Assembly: GCA_038824665.1 (NCBI GenBank)
Contig: JAWBBK010000003.1
Coordinates: 44,021 to 108,020 of the forward strand
DNA: 64,000 nt
Direction: 5' to 3'
Origin: Acidilobaceae archaeon
GTDB lineage: Archaea > Thermoproteota > Thermoprotei_A > Sulfolobales > Acidilobaceae
Positions 46,316 through 56,264 of this stretch are shown here, one piece after another. The first letter of the stretch is position 1; every line of letters starts with the position of its first letter. The translations under genes and the position numbers were made by a program. The notes below the pieces were generated by a model. That model made no database searches. It saw only the letters and a list, made by a program, of their open reading frames with translations, and was not told the DNA's origin.

Positions 46316-47034
46316 AGCCTCCTTCTCAACTCTTTAGCTACATCGAGAAGCAGAGCAAAATCGCCGGGAGAGGACAGTAGGACTCCATCAGCGTTGTTTG
46401 ACATGTACTCAATGACCTCAAGAACTCTCTCTTTAGTTAAGGCTTTGGGTACCAACTCTTTGGGGATTCTGGATCCTCCCTCTTCTTTTACCACGATCAC
46501 ATAAGGGTACAGAGCTTTCCCCTCTGTCTTAGCTCTTTCTGAGACAGCTTTGAACTTCTCGCTCTCTTCAAGTCTGAAGTTCAGAACCAAATAGAAGTCA
46601 GCCGGAACTCTTAATCGCCTCTCTATCTCTTCAAGAGGCTTCGATAAGCTTAAGAGAAGTCCAGGACTCAGCTTATGTGCTGACTTCTTGATCAGGGACA
46701 CAGCCTCTTCTGGGTTTAGCTCTTCTACCACCTTGTAGCCCGAGACCAAATCTCCTCTTAGGGGTACGACTCTCTCTACTTCACACAGACTTAGAGTGTT
46801 AATCATAGACTCAAATGCAAGCTTATTTAAATCTAAGAGTCTGATGTGAGAGATCACTCCGATTCTCTCTTCAACGGCTTTTATAAAACAAGAGACTATC
46901 GGCGAAAAGAACCTGGTAGTCCCCAGAGGAGAGTCTGGAACGTCTATCCAATCAGCAACCTCAGCCAGTAACTTGATTCTCTTTTCGAGTTTCTCTCTGC
47001 TCTTTACAGGCTCCAACTCGACAACCAGTTCCAT
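46312..47034 (-). CDS. Divergent MetF/MTHFR-like TIM-barrel protein
   Basis: ELEP, DSPLG, HIR..D.N, LRGD. Confidence 0.55.
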   Translation of the reverse strand: MELVVELEPVKSREKLEKRIKLLAEVADWIDVPDSPLGTTRFFSPIVSCFIKAVEERIGVISHIRLLDLNKLAFESMINTLSLCEVERVVPLRGDLVSGYKVVEELNPEEAVSLIKKSAHKLSPGLLLSLSKPLEEIERRLRVPADFYLVLNFRLEESEKFKAVSERAKTEGKALYPYVIVVKEEGGSRIPKELVPKALTKERVLEVIEYMSNNADGVLLSSPGDFALLLDVAKELRRRL

Positions 47035-47048
47035 GGGTCATACACCCG

Positions 47049-47966
47049 CTAAGTTGAAGCCATGTAAATCACAATTAAAGCTAGCAACATGAGGTAAAGG
47101 ACTCTGTTCTTGTGTGCTAGAGCTGTCACAGGCTCAGGTTTTCTCAGCAGTCTAGCTAGGTCTCTGAGAGCTAAGAGGTCTATGACTATTATCGGAGGCA
47201 GATAGACAGCTAAATTGACGTCTCCTACGAAAGCTATAGCGAGACTAGAGGCTACAGCGATTAGATAGAATAGAGAAGCTAGGTACAAAGCCTTCTCAGG
47301 TCCCAACAGAACGGCTATGGTTTTAACTTCTTTTGCTCTATCGCCTTCTATGTCAGCTACGCTTTTAACTACTTCTCTTCCCAAGACAGCAGTGAAGGCC
47401 ATAAACCAGATCAGCGCTAACCTTGTCCAATTCACTGAGTCTGGACCCAGATAGTGTGACACAGCCAGACCTCCGTAGGCGATAGGCAAAGCTGTGACCC
47501 AGGCTACCACAACGTTTCCTAACAGAGGAGTTCTCTTGAGATAGAAGTTGTAAGAATGAGCCAGAACTAAAGCTATGAGAGCGAGTGCCGTTACTTGTGG
47601 CACAGGGTCTATCAGTAAAGACAATGCTATACCGATAAGGGCGGTTGCAAGCCCGACAGCCCAAGCCAACTCTAGACTAACTCTTCCCGAAGGTATAGGG
47701 CGCCAAGGAGCGTTTATCTTATCTATCTCATGATCGATTACGTCGTTTAGAGTCATTATAGAGGCCGAAATGAAGAACCCTCCTACCACATGAAGTAAGA
47801 CCTGGTCTACAGGCATGAAGCTCAAAGGGAACTCTCCTGAAGCCATGGCTATCCCTACGAATATTCCCAAAACTCCCATCAAGCTATTGATTGGTCTGCT
47901 TAGTTCGATTAAACCCATGAGCGTCTCGATCAGACCAGACCTCACTCTAAAATCCCAAATGTTCAA
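47049..47966 (-). CDS. Digeranylgeranylglyceryl phosphate synthase (UbiA family)
   Basis: RP.N, NDVIDHEIDKINAPWRPIPSG, REVVKSVADIEGD. Confidence 0.87.
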   Translation of the reverse strand: MNIWDFRVRSGLIETLMGLIELSRPINSLMGVLGIFVGIAMASGEFPLSFMPVDQVLLHVVGGFFISASIMTLNDVIDHEIDKINAPWRPIPSGRVSLELAWAVGLATALIGIALSLLIDPVPQVTALALIALVLAHSYNFYLKRTPLLGNVVVAWVTALPIAYGGLAVSHYLGPDSVNWTRLALIWFMAFTAVLGREVVKSVADIEGDRAKEVKTIAVLLGPEKALYLASLFYLIAVASSLAIAFVGDVNLAVYLPPIIVIDLLALRDLARLLRKPEPVTALAHKNRVLYLMLLALIVIYMAST

Positions 47967-48082
47967 GAGGTAGATGAGAAGACTAGATATAGCTTTAATA
48001 GCTCGACCTTACAAGAGATATGCGGGGAGTGTGTAAAGAATCTCTGAAGAGAAAGCTGATTGATGAGGTCGGTGAGTAAGAG

Positions 48083-48454
48083 ATGGCTAAGCTATTGATT
48101 AAATTAGAGGCTCTAGCTCTCGATCTGATCAGAGAGAACAACGGGAGTATATTTCAAAGCGAGCTCTGGAAGAAGCTTAACCTAGACAGTAGAGAAGGGT
48201 CTCGTTTAGTTCTACGCCTTCTCCGAAAAGGTCTGATTAGAAGAGAAGAGGTCATGGTCAACGGAAGAAGGACTTACAGACTCTTCATAGTCGAAGAGAG
48301 CAAGAAAAAAACTTTAACGGTAAAGGTAAAACTCGACAACGTGTTAAAGATTCCATGTTTTACTTGTTTTCTACTCGAAGAGTGTGGTCATAGCGAATTA
48401 AGCAATCCTTTGACCTGTCAACTACTCAGCTCTTGGCTTCAACGAGCTGAGTAA
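48083..48454 (+). CDS. Transcription factor TFE beta subunit (RPC34/RPC39-like)
   Basis: wH (QSELWKKL.LDSREGSR) plus C-terminal PCFTC..EC..P.TC 4Fe-4S motif. Confidence 0.78.
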   Translation: MAKLLIKLEALALDLIRENNGSIFQSELWKKLNLDSREGSRLVLRLLRKGLIRREEVMVNGRRTYRLFIVEESKKKTLTVKVKLDNVLKIPCFTCFLLEECGHSELSNPLTCQLLSSWLQRAE

Positions 48455-48471
48455 AGATCTCAGCTGTTCGC

Positions 48472-49638
48472 TCAAGCTATCGCTGAAATTACGCTGTACA
48501 TGTCAGCATCCGTTCTGATAGCCAAAGGGCTGAAATGAGTACGAGTAGCTTTAAACCCCATGTTCTTAAGCTTCTCGATGAGTGTGCTTCTCGAAGGGAC
48601 CTCTTTCTTCAAGAGCGAGGCCATCAAATCGAAGCGTTGTGTTGGATACCTTTGAATTTCGAGTTCTTCCTTTATCAAGCTCAAGATCTTGTTGAGTTTA
48701 GGCTTGGTGTTAATATATGAGAACTTAGAATGCAACAGCTCTTCTATCTTCTCAACGAAGGAGACAGACCAAAGATCTCCAACCCAGAGGGGTCCTAGCC
48801 TTTCTACGTTAGAACAGCTTTTCATCAGCTCCTCATCGAAAGCTACGTATCCTGAGTCCTTACAGAACATCAGATAACCTATGTTGTTTTCAAGCATCTT
48901 CAGAGCTCTCTTGGCTCCTCTTTCGACTTTAATGAATACTCTAACGTAATAGTCGGTCCAAAGCGATAAGAGAGGTTCTACAGACTTGTCGTGCGTTGCT
49001 GCAACGCGAGCCATGAAGGCTAGGAGAACTCTAACGGCCACTTCTCTAGAATGTGGGGTTCTGCGAAGGACCGCTCCATATCTTCTCAAAGCTGCACTGC
49101 TCTTAGAACCCTCCAGAACTGCGGTATCTGTTGCAGTAGCTGCGAGAAGCCCACCGCTTCCTATCAGAGTCAACGCTGAGTCTAGAAACGGAGCAGGAGA
49201 CCCGTAGGGGTCCAAATCTATGAAAAGAACTGGAACCTTGCTCTCTCGGAGACGATACATTAAGGCGTTAGCGTCTCCACAATAGACACTCACCTTATCC
49301 CATGCTGAGTTAAGTCTCACGTTCTCCTCTATGAGTTTACACGACTCGTAGTCCAGGTCTCCAGCGTACACCCTCATAACCCCTTCGACCTCTAGAGCGT
49401 ATCTCAGAGTTCTCACTCCTGTAGCCGATAAAGGCTCAATAGCGATTATGGGTCTATGAGGAGCGTACCAACTTACGTAAGCTTGAAGAGCGATTACGCT
49501 GAGGTCTCTGTTGAACTCCATTTTCGGATTGTAGAATACAGGAAGCCAGGCCGGCTCTAGACCGTGAGAGGCCACAGCTTCGTTCAAAGCGGGGACTTTT
49601 ACTAGAGCATTGCCTTCTCTAATTACCCAATACAACAT
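48472..49638 (-). CDS. trm1: tRNA (guanine-26-N2)-dimethyltransferase
   Basis: VFYNP.M..NRD, SATGVR, DLDPYGSP, TATD, GPLW, RTHF. Confidence 0.94.
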   Translation of the reverse strand: MLYWVIREGNALVKVPALNEAVASHGLEPAWLPVFYNPKMEFNRDLSVIALQAYVSWYAPHRPIIAIEPLSATGVRTLRYALEVEGVMRVYAGDLDYESCKLIEENVRLNSAWDKVSVYCGDANALMYRLRESKVPVLFIDLDPYGSPAPFLDSALTLIGSGGLLAATATDTAVLEGSKSSAALRRYGAVLRRTPHSREVAVRVLLAFMARVAATHDKSVEPLLSLWTDYYVRVFIKVERGAKRALKMLENNIGYLMFCKDSGYVAFDEELMKSCSNVERLGPLWVGDLWSVSFVEKIEELLHSKFSYINTKPKLNKILSLIKEELEIQRYPTQRFDLMASLLKKEVPSRSTLIEKLKNMGFKATRTHFSPLAIRTDADMYSVISAIA

Positions 49639-49719
49639 CTCTCCCTATTTGAAGAAAACTTCATTATTATTTTAAACACTATTAGCTTTCGGAAGGACTT
49701 AAAAAGTGGTCTAAGAACT

Positions 49720-50709
49720 ATGGAAGAAATGCCCACTTTTTCACAACTTAAAAAAGCTCTAGAAGAGCTGAGAGACCTTTTGAGAAAAGAAGAGAACGGC
49801 GAAGTTCCCGGGTTTGTTGATGGGTTCAAAAGAAAAGGGGGAGTCGTGGAGCTGACTCTTCCTAAAGACATGAAGATTGCGGTGATTGGAGACATTCACG
49901 GAGACTACGAGACGTTTTCGAAGATCTTGGAGGAGCTTGAAAATTCAGAGGTTGTGAAGAGAGGCGTTCTCATCACTCTAGGAGATTATATAGACAGAGG
50001 ACCTCCGGAAGGACAGATCCTCCTTCTGTACAAGCTTTCTGAACTCAAGAAGGAGATGAAGACGAGGTTCATAATGCTAAGAGGCAACCACGAGCCTCCT
50101 TCGTGGCCGGTTCCTGAACCTCACGACTATCCCTGGGCCTTGAAAGAACTTTACGGCTATGAGAGAGGAGAAGAGCTATATTCTCTCTCTCGAGAAGTGT
50201 TCAATGTCATGCCTCATGCTGTAGTCTTAAAAGAAGTGGCTCTTCTAGTCCATGGAGGCCCTCCTACTCAGGTCGAGTCTTCTGATGTTTTCAGTTATCT
50301 AGCTTACAATAGAGATGTCGAAGTTTTGAAAGAGATCCTGTGGAACGATCCTTCCGACGCAATAGAGCAGAGGGTTCAGAGTCCTAGAGGTGTTGGATAC
50401 CTTTGGGGCAGCAGTATCACAGAGAAAGTCCTATCTCTATTAGGAGTTAAATTCATAGTTCGAGGTCACGAACCTGCTTACTACGGTTTCAAGACAAATC
50501 ACGAAGACAAAGTGTTCACGCTGTTCTCTAGACTAGGGTCACCATACTACAACGAAAGAGCGGCCTTTCTAACCTGTTCTGTGGACGAGTTCGAAAAGGA
50601 TCCGAAGAAGTGTGTGGTCTATGTGACTTCTTCAGGACTTTTCCATTGTTATGAAAATAAAGAAGGAAAAAAGAAGAAAAAAGAAGGAAAAAAACGAAAA
50701 AAGACGTAA
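49720..50709 (+). CDS. PPP-family Ser/Thr phosphatase / metallophosphoesterase
   Basis: GDIHG, GDYIDRG, RGNHE, HGG, WNDP, RGHE, TLFS. Confidence 0.9.
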   Translation: MEEMPTFSQLKKALEELRDLLRKEENGEVPGFVDGFKRKGGVVELTLPKDMKIAVIGDIHGDYETFSKILEELENSEVVKRGVLITLGDYIDRGPPEGQILLLYKLSELKKEMKTRFIMLRGNHEPPSWPVPEPHDYPWALKELYGYERGEELYSLSREVFNVMPHAVVLKEVALLVHGGPPTQVESSDVFSYLAYNRDVEVLKEILWNDPSDAIEQRVQSPRGVGYLWGSSITEKVLSLLGVKFIVRGHEPAYYGFKTNHEDKVFTLFSRLGSPYYNERAAFLTCSVDEFEKDPKKCVVYVTSSGLFHCYENKEGKKKKKEGKKRKKT

Positions 50710-50842
50710 AAGATGCGAATACGTTTAAAATTATATCGGTAGGGTATAGCTCGACTAGAATGGCTATACCCAAAGTCGTCTACACCATATTTGAAACGAC
50801 AATAGGCACGAGAAAGACCATTACGAATGTTAGAGTTCCACT
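50528..50842 (-). pseudogene. Remnant of a membrane-protein gene with an internal TAG
   Basis: One frame reads SGTLTFVMVFLVPIVVSNMV*TTLGIAILVELY..FFVFFLLFSSFFLLYF with the stop at 50780-50782. Confidence 0.35.
50653..50706 (+). repeat. Low-complexity purine tract with repeated AAAGAAGGAAAAAA units
   Basis: gaaaataaagaaggaaaaaagaagaaaaaagaaggaaaaaaacgaaaaaagacg. Confidence 0.75.
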
Positions 50843-51093
50843 TTAACGTGAAGTTCAGACTTCTTGACAGGAAGCCTCGTCTTCTAAGACAGAACGTTGT
50901 GACAATTTTTATAAACTTTATATATCCAGCTATTTTAGTGAAGCATACATCTAGCTCGCTCTGAGAGATAGGGTGGCACACCTGGGACCAGGATGTAAAG
51001 CTGAAGGAAGAGGAGCCGGAGATGTAGTTCTAAGCTTAGGGGTTCTCGTTCTTCAGGATGGAGGTCAGAACGGTATAGAATGGTGTATTAGTT

Positions 51094-52028
51094 TTGGATA
51101 GTTCTCACAGAAAGGGGTTCATATTCGTTTTCATATTATCGGCTATATTCACAATAGCTTTATTCTACGCCACTTTTGAAGTATCGATATTCCTGGACAA
51201 GATGCTTATTCAATACTTTCCTGAAGTGTTCTATGATGAGAAAGCTATGGAAAGAGTTCTCAGCGTTTTAAGACCTGTAGGCTATTTAGCATTAGCTATA
51301 ACCGCTCTCTTAATATTCTTAGGCTTCATGATTAGGAGAGGCATTTTAACCTCCTTGGGCTCTCTCGTTTTGTACATTCCTACGTTTGGCTATCTCGCAT
51401 CGACTATGTTCTTTCTAGCGGGTTTGGGGGCTTTAAGAACTCTCTGGTTACCGTTACTCGAACTCTCTCCTTCATCTTTAAAACTTGGATGTGTAGTATA
51501 TTTACCCTTCTCAAGTGTTCCACAAGCACTTCTCATAGGAATGATCATTATGTTTATCGGTCTCTTCATATTCCTATTAGGTGTAACTTCGTGGCTCTAT
51601 GGAAAATTCAAAGGCTATGACCTTGTGGACTTCTGGATTTATAGATATAGCAGACACCCTCAGTATCTTGGATTCATACTCTGGAGTTATGGTCTATTAA
51701 TATTTGTAGTCAGCAAGACCTACGTGAGAGGGACATTTACGACCCACCAGCACTTATATGGCTGATATCATCAATGCTCATAATAGGAATAGCTCTCTTC
51801 GAAGAGATCGAGATGAGAAAAAAGTATGGAGAAAAATACGAGGAATACTGTAGGAAAACTCCGTTCATGATCCCTCTACCGGGAATATTAGCTAAAGTTA
51901 TAAGAGCACCTCTAAGATTCACAGAAGGACATCTAAGAAGTAAAAAAGAAATAGCTTTTGTAATAATCCTATACACAACAATACTCATAATGCTCTCTTA
52001 CGTTCTCATGTTAATGTCGTTATGTTAG
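51094..52028 (+). pseudogene. Frameshifted ICMT/PEMT-like membrane methyltransferase
   Basis: ORF1 ends after IYRYSRHPQYLG; a shifted frame at about 51743 continues PPALIWLISSMLIIGIALFEE..KYGEKYEEYCRKTPF. Confidence 0.75.
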
Positions 52029-52104
52029 CTTTAGATGGTTCAAGAGAATCGTGTTGAGATACAGCTCATACACATCCTATAGGCTTTTATGATTGTTTTC
52101 GACT

Positions 52105-52947
52105 CTAGGGCCTCTCTGAACTCACACTCAATCTTCTGCTTAACGCCACCTCAGCCAAAGCGTTCTTCTCGCGTTTTGAAAGAGGTATGATATAGGTAGC
52201 CGGCCCCGATAAAGCCTTCATGCTTGGGGGCTTCACCTCTCCATCGTACACCACGTATCCTGCAAATACTATCTCCTCTAACATCTTAAGAGGTAGTCTT
52301 TGAGCTACAGTCATTAATAGATTCTCGAAGTTCATCAACTTCTTGATCTCCTCTTCAGATACGGTCTCGCCGCAGACGACGCATTGATAGTCTGGAGCTA
52401 CAGCATAGAAACCACATCGAGGACACTTAACTGGAAGAGGTCTTCCATATACTTGCCAGAGGTCTTTCAGCGCTTCCACAACGCTGACGAGCCCTCTCTC
52501 TTTAGCCTCTTTATAGAGCTGAGGAGCTAAACGACCAGCTATTTCGGGAGCGCTCATTACTATGAACTCGATCTGTTTGTCGTTTAGGCTCTCCACTCCT
52601 CTCTCAACAAGCCTAGTAGCCACATATTTGAAGAGCTGGTCTCTAGTCCTCAACAGCTGCTTGACGATAGCTTCTACGCTAAGTTCTCTTCCACTGAGTG
52701 TCATCTCTAAAGCGATCTCCTTCACCGCTTCTGTCAGGACCTGTGGTTCACAGATCTCGGTCAAACTCAATGTCTCCCAGAGCTCTCTGGTTGCAACTTC
52801 GACCACTTGGTCCAAGACTTCTCTATTAACTTCTAAAGAGGCTCTCCTTGTCTTCTTGATTTGTGAACGCTCCTGAGAACTCGGAAGAGCGGTATTGACA
52901 TTTTCACGCTTTCCGCTTTTGACCTCTCTGCTCACCCTCTTGGGCAC
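52105..52947 (-). CDS. Hypothetical protein with zinc ribbon
   Basis: CPRCGF..PD..CVVCG; basic, likely disordered N-terminus. Confidence 0.65.
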   Translation of the reverse strand: MPKRVSREVKSGKRENVNTALPSSQERSQIKKTRRASLEVNREVLDQVVEVATRELWETLSLTEICEPQVLTEAVKEIALEMTLSGRELSVEAIVKQLLRTRDQLFKYVATRLVERGVESLNDKQIEFIVMSAPEIAGRLAPQLYKEAKERGLVSVVEALKDLWQVYGRPLPVKCPRCGFYAVAPDYQCVVCGETVSEEEIKKLMNFENLLMTVAQRLPLKMLEEIVFAGYVVYDGEVKPPSMKALSGPATYIIPLSKREKNALAEVALSRRLSVSSERP

Positions 52948-53245
52948 AGAAGCCCCTGTAGAACTAGAGCTTCATGAAAGGTTAAATGATGACTGTAACT
53001 TCAGAAGCCTATCGGTCAGACACATAGATATTACTGAAAGAGGTAGTACTCAAATAGTCCTTTAGGTTTAGACTATCTAGAGTCAAGTTCTAGAGTGGTT
53101 CAGTAACGTCCTCCTAAAGATCTAGGAGAAACAGGCCCCGATTATTTTTAAACTTCTAAGTTTATCCTAGCTAGTAGGCTCCTACTGGGTTCTGGTATCG
53201 ATGCTTCAGACTTAGGGTGTATGTTTAACGTGATGGGGTGACTTT

Positions 53246-56209
53246 ATGAGCAAAGGAGACGAACTAGAGCTGAGACTCATTCAGGAATCAGCTCTACGAC
53301 CAGAAGCTGAAGAGGAGGCTAAAGCAAGCCTGCTCAGAAGGATTTACGAAGTAGTAGAGAAAAGCTATACTGGAAAAGCTCCTAACGGTGGACTCTTAGC
53401 CTCTCTACCGGATTGCGTAAAAAAGTATGTCTCAGGAGAAGAGAGAACTCCTTGCAGAGATGACCTCAAGTTCACATACAACGCCATAAGGGTTATGATG
53501 TCCAGGTATATGAGTAAGAACGAGTATGGTCTATTCGTAGAGACTCCGAGTATGGTGCTAGCCAGAGTGGCTCTCGGGTTCTCTAAGAGAGTGAATAGCG
53601 AGAAGCTCTACGAACTTTTGGTGAACGGCAAATTTATGTTCAATAGCCCTACGCTCTTCAACATGTATGCTGACGGAGCCAAGGGAACTCTCTCAGCCTG
53701 TTACGTCACTCCGGTATACGATAGTATGAGAGCTATAATGGACGCAGCAGTAGTTCAGGCGATGACGTTTAAGTGGGGAGGAGGTCAAGGCTTCAGCTTC
53801 AGTGAGCTAAGACCTAGATGGGACTCTGTCAGAGGGACTAGTAGCTACAGTAGTGGTCCCATGAGCTTCATGAAGCTCTACGATGTGGTGACAGAGCTGG
53901 TCAAACAGGGAGGCAAAAGAAGAGGAGCCAACATGGGCATAATGCACGTATGGCATCCAGATATCTACAACCCAGACTTCGACCCTTATGTGGCTCTACG
54001 CAACGCTCTTCCTCCTCAGATCAAGGAACTGATCGACGTTTTCAGAAAGCTGGTGACAGAACTTGAAGAAGAGGGCTATAGCGTTAACGAGAAGTTGAAG
54101 AAGTTCGTTGAAGCGCTCTCGAGAGAAGGTTATTGGACTGTTGAGGATGCAGGCTTCATTCAGGCTAAGAAGCCACCGCTTCACGACTTTAACCTAACTA
54201 ACTTCAATATCAGCGTTGGTGTGAACGATGCTTTCATGGAGGCAGTGCTGAAAGGAGAGAAGTGGTGGATGGTCAATCCCAAAATGAGCGACGAAGGCGA
54301 TGGTGTTTATAGACTGCATTACTCGGTCAGCAGAGCCACGGGCTTAGGGGTTCTAGGATCTCTTTTAGAGAAGAACCCGAAGCTTTTGGAGAACCCATAT
54401 CTAAATATCTTCGAGGACGTTTTAGAGAAGGCTAGAACTCGAGCTCTAAAAGAGCTCGAAGAGTGGAGCAAGAGTTGGGGCTGTACTCCATCTGTTGACT
54501 CTAAAAACACTTTCGCTTGGAGGATCGAAGCTAGAATACTTTGGGAAGAGATAGTTAAAACAGCGTGGGAAGGAGGAGATCCTGGAGTAGTTTTCTTCGA
54601 TAACCACAACAAATGGAATCCGACTCCGTGGCTAGGAGTTCTTAACGCTACTAACCCTTGCTCAGAGCAGGTACTCTATCCCTTCGAGAACTGTAACCTA
54701 GGGAGCGTGAACCTAGCCAAATACATAGAGAACGGGAGGTTCAAAATCAGAGAGTTCTATGAAGACCTAAAAGTTACGGTCGAGGCTATGGATGCGACTA
54801 TAGACCTAAACAACCACCCAGACGAAAGACACTACTTGGTCAATACCTTCACTAGAAAAATAGGGATAGGCGTTATGGGTCTCGCAGACGCTTTAGCCAA
54901 GCTGAATATACCCTATGACAGTGACGAAGCTGTAGCGTTTACGCTAGTAGCGTTAGCTGCTCTAGAGGTTTTCGCTTGGAAGAACAGCTGGGAGCTCGGA
55001 GCGAAACTAGGACATGCACCAGCTTTTGAATGTTTGATGTTCGATTGGTCTAAACTGAAGTGTGTCGAAAAAGAAGAGCCCGAGAAGTTAGCTGAACTCC
55101 TGACTCCAGCGCTTCTCAAAGCGGCTAACGTAGTCAAAACAGAAGATGAGTGGCTTAAAGTCAAGTACCATAGCGTGAGTTTGTCTCAAGATCTTCACGA
55201 GAGACTTGTTGGAATAGCGAGACAGAGAGTAGAGCCCAATGGATCCGTTAAGCTGATCCCGATAAGCGTTCTAGAAAAAGTGTTGAGAGAGGTATTTGGA
55301 ATCGATAAAGAACTTTCCGAGAGAGCAATATCGCTGGACCCAAGTGAAGTGGCTGAGAACCCCGAGGTTCTCATAGCTCTAGCGGTATTCAAACCAGAGC
55401 TAGCCTGGAAGGTCTTAGTAGAACACGGCAGAAAGCTTGGAGCTAGAGCTCCTAGAAACACCGTGGTCACAACTATAGCTCCTACAGGAACGGTTAGTAT
55501 AATAGCTGGTTGTAGTAGCGGAATCGAGCCTTACTTCGCTCTAGTTTACAAAAGGCAAGTAACTGTAGGAACCTTCTTAGAGATCTCAAGAGAGTTCAGA
55601 AAAGACCTCTTAGATGTGGCCAAAGCCGAAGGGCTTTCCGAAGAGATCGTAACTAAGATCTATGATGTAGTGAGGAAGAACAAGGGCAGTCTGAGGTTCG
55701 CGCTTCCTGAAGCTTTGGAGGTCCTAAGGACATCTGGAGCTCCAGAAAGCGCTCTAGAAGCTTTGAGAAGGCTGGCAGAAAAATACGCTACGGCTATGGA
55801 CATAGATGTTTGGTACCACTTAGCTCATCAGATAGCTGCACAACTCTACGTAGACCAGTCTATAAGCAAGACGGTGAACTTACCGAAAGACGCTCCTATA
55901 GATGCCGTTCACACGGCTTTCTTGACAGCATGGCTTGGAGGTCTCAAGGGGGTAACGGTCTATAGAGACGAGAGCAAGAGCTCTCAAGTTATTGTATTTG
56001 GAGGCGAGCAAGAAGCCAAAAAGGCTAAAGTCTTAGTGAAACAAAAGAAGTACACATCGCCGCTGAGGATCGCTACAGTTAAAAAGGAGATGTCAGTTGA
56101 AGAGGTGAAGTTGGACAAAAAGCTAGCAGAACTCTACGAAGTCAAAGAAGAGGGTGAGGTGGTAGTGCTTCAACATGAAAACTCGACCTGTAAGACCTGT
56201 GAGAGATAA
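53246..56209 (+). CDS. nrdJ: Adenosylcobalamin-dependent (class II) ribonucleotide reductase
   Basis: NSPTLFN, LSAC, QGGKRRGANM, TNPCSEQ, CNLGS, TIAPTGT, SISKTVN, VYRD, C-terminal CKTC. Confidence 0.94.
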   Translation: MSKGDELELRLIQESALRPEAEEEAKASLLRRIYEVVEKSYTGKAPNGGLLASLPDCVKKYVSGEERTPCRDDLKFTYNAIRVMMSRYMSKNEYGLFVETPSMVLARVALGFSKRVNSEKLYELLVNGKFMFNSPTLFNMYADGAKGTLSACYVTPVYDSMRAIMDAAVVQAMTFKWGGGQGFSFSELRPRWDSVRGTSSYSSGPMSFMKLYDVVTELVKQGGKRRGANMGIMHVWHPDIYNPDFDPYVALRNALPPQIKELIDVFRKLVTELEEEGYSVNEKLKKFVEALSREGYWTVEDAGFIQAKKPPLHDFNLTNFNISVGVNDAFMEAVLKGEKWWMVNPKMSDEGDGVYRLHYSVSRATGLGVLGSLLEKNPKLLENPYLNIFEDVLEKARTRALKELEEWSKSWGCTPSVDSKNTFAWRIEARILWEEIVKTAWEGGDPGVVFFDNHNKWNPTPWLGVLNATNPCSEQVLYPFENCNLGSVNLAKYIENGRFKIREFYEDLKVTVEAMDATIDLNNHPDERHYLVNTFTRKIGIGVMGLADALAKLNIPYDSDEAVAFTLVALAALEVFAWKNSWELGAKLGHAPAFECLMFDWSKLKCVEKEEPEKLAELLTPALLKAANVVKTEDEWLKVKYHSVSLSQDLHERLVGIARQRVEPNGSVKLIPISVLEKVLREVFGIDKELSERAISLDPSEVAENPEVLIALAVFKPELAWKVLVEHGRKLGARAPRNTVVTTIAPTGTVSIIAGCSSGIEPYFALVYKRQVTVGTFLEISREFRKDLLDVAKAEGLSEEIVTKIYDVVRKNKGSLRFALPEALEVLRTSGAPESALEALRRLAEKYATAMDIDVWYHLAHQIAAQLYVDQSISKTVNLPKDAPIDAVHTAFLTAWLGGLKGVTVYRDESKSSQVIVFGGEQEAKKAKVLVKQKKYTSPLRIATVKKEMSVEEVKLDKKLAELYEVKEEGEVVVLQHENSTCKTCER

Positions 56210-56264
56210 GATCTTCAACTTATTTTTCAAATTAGTTGGAAAAGCTTCTACCCTTCCTACTGGT

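Noticed and set aside
52986-53037. C/D box sRNA candidate (ATGATGA..CAGA..CTGA, 52 nt)
   Set aside because: No convincing C' box, AT-rich guides without an evident rRNA/tRNA target, and it overlaps the likely promoter of the minus-strand gene; a snoscan run would settle it.
53111-53128. CTCCTA-N6-TAGGAG inverted repeat upstream of nrdJ
   Set aside because: Only 6-bp arms in TAG-rich DNA, so it is expected by chance.
53246-56209. Inteins in nrdJ (also checked topA)
   Set aside because: No splice-junction or homing-endonuclease motifs.
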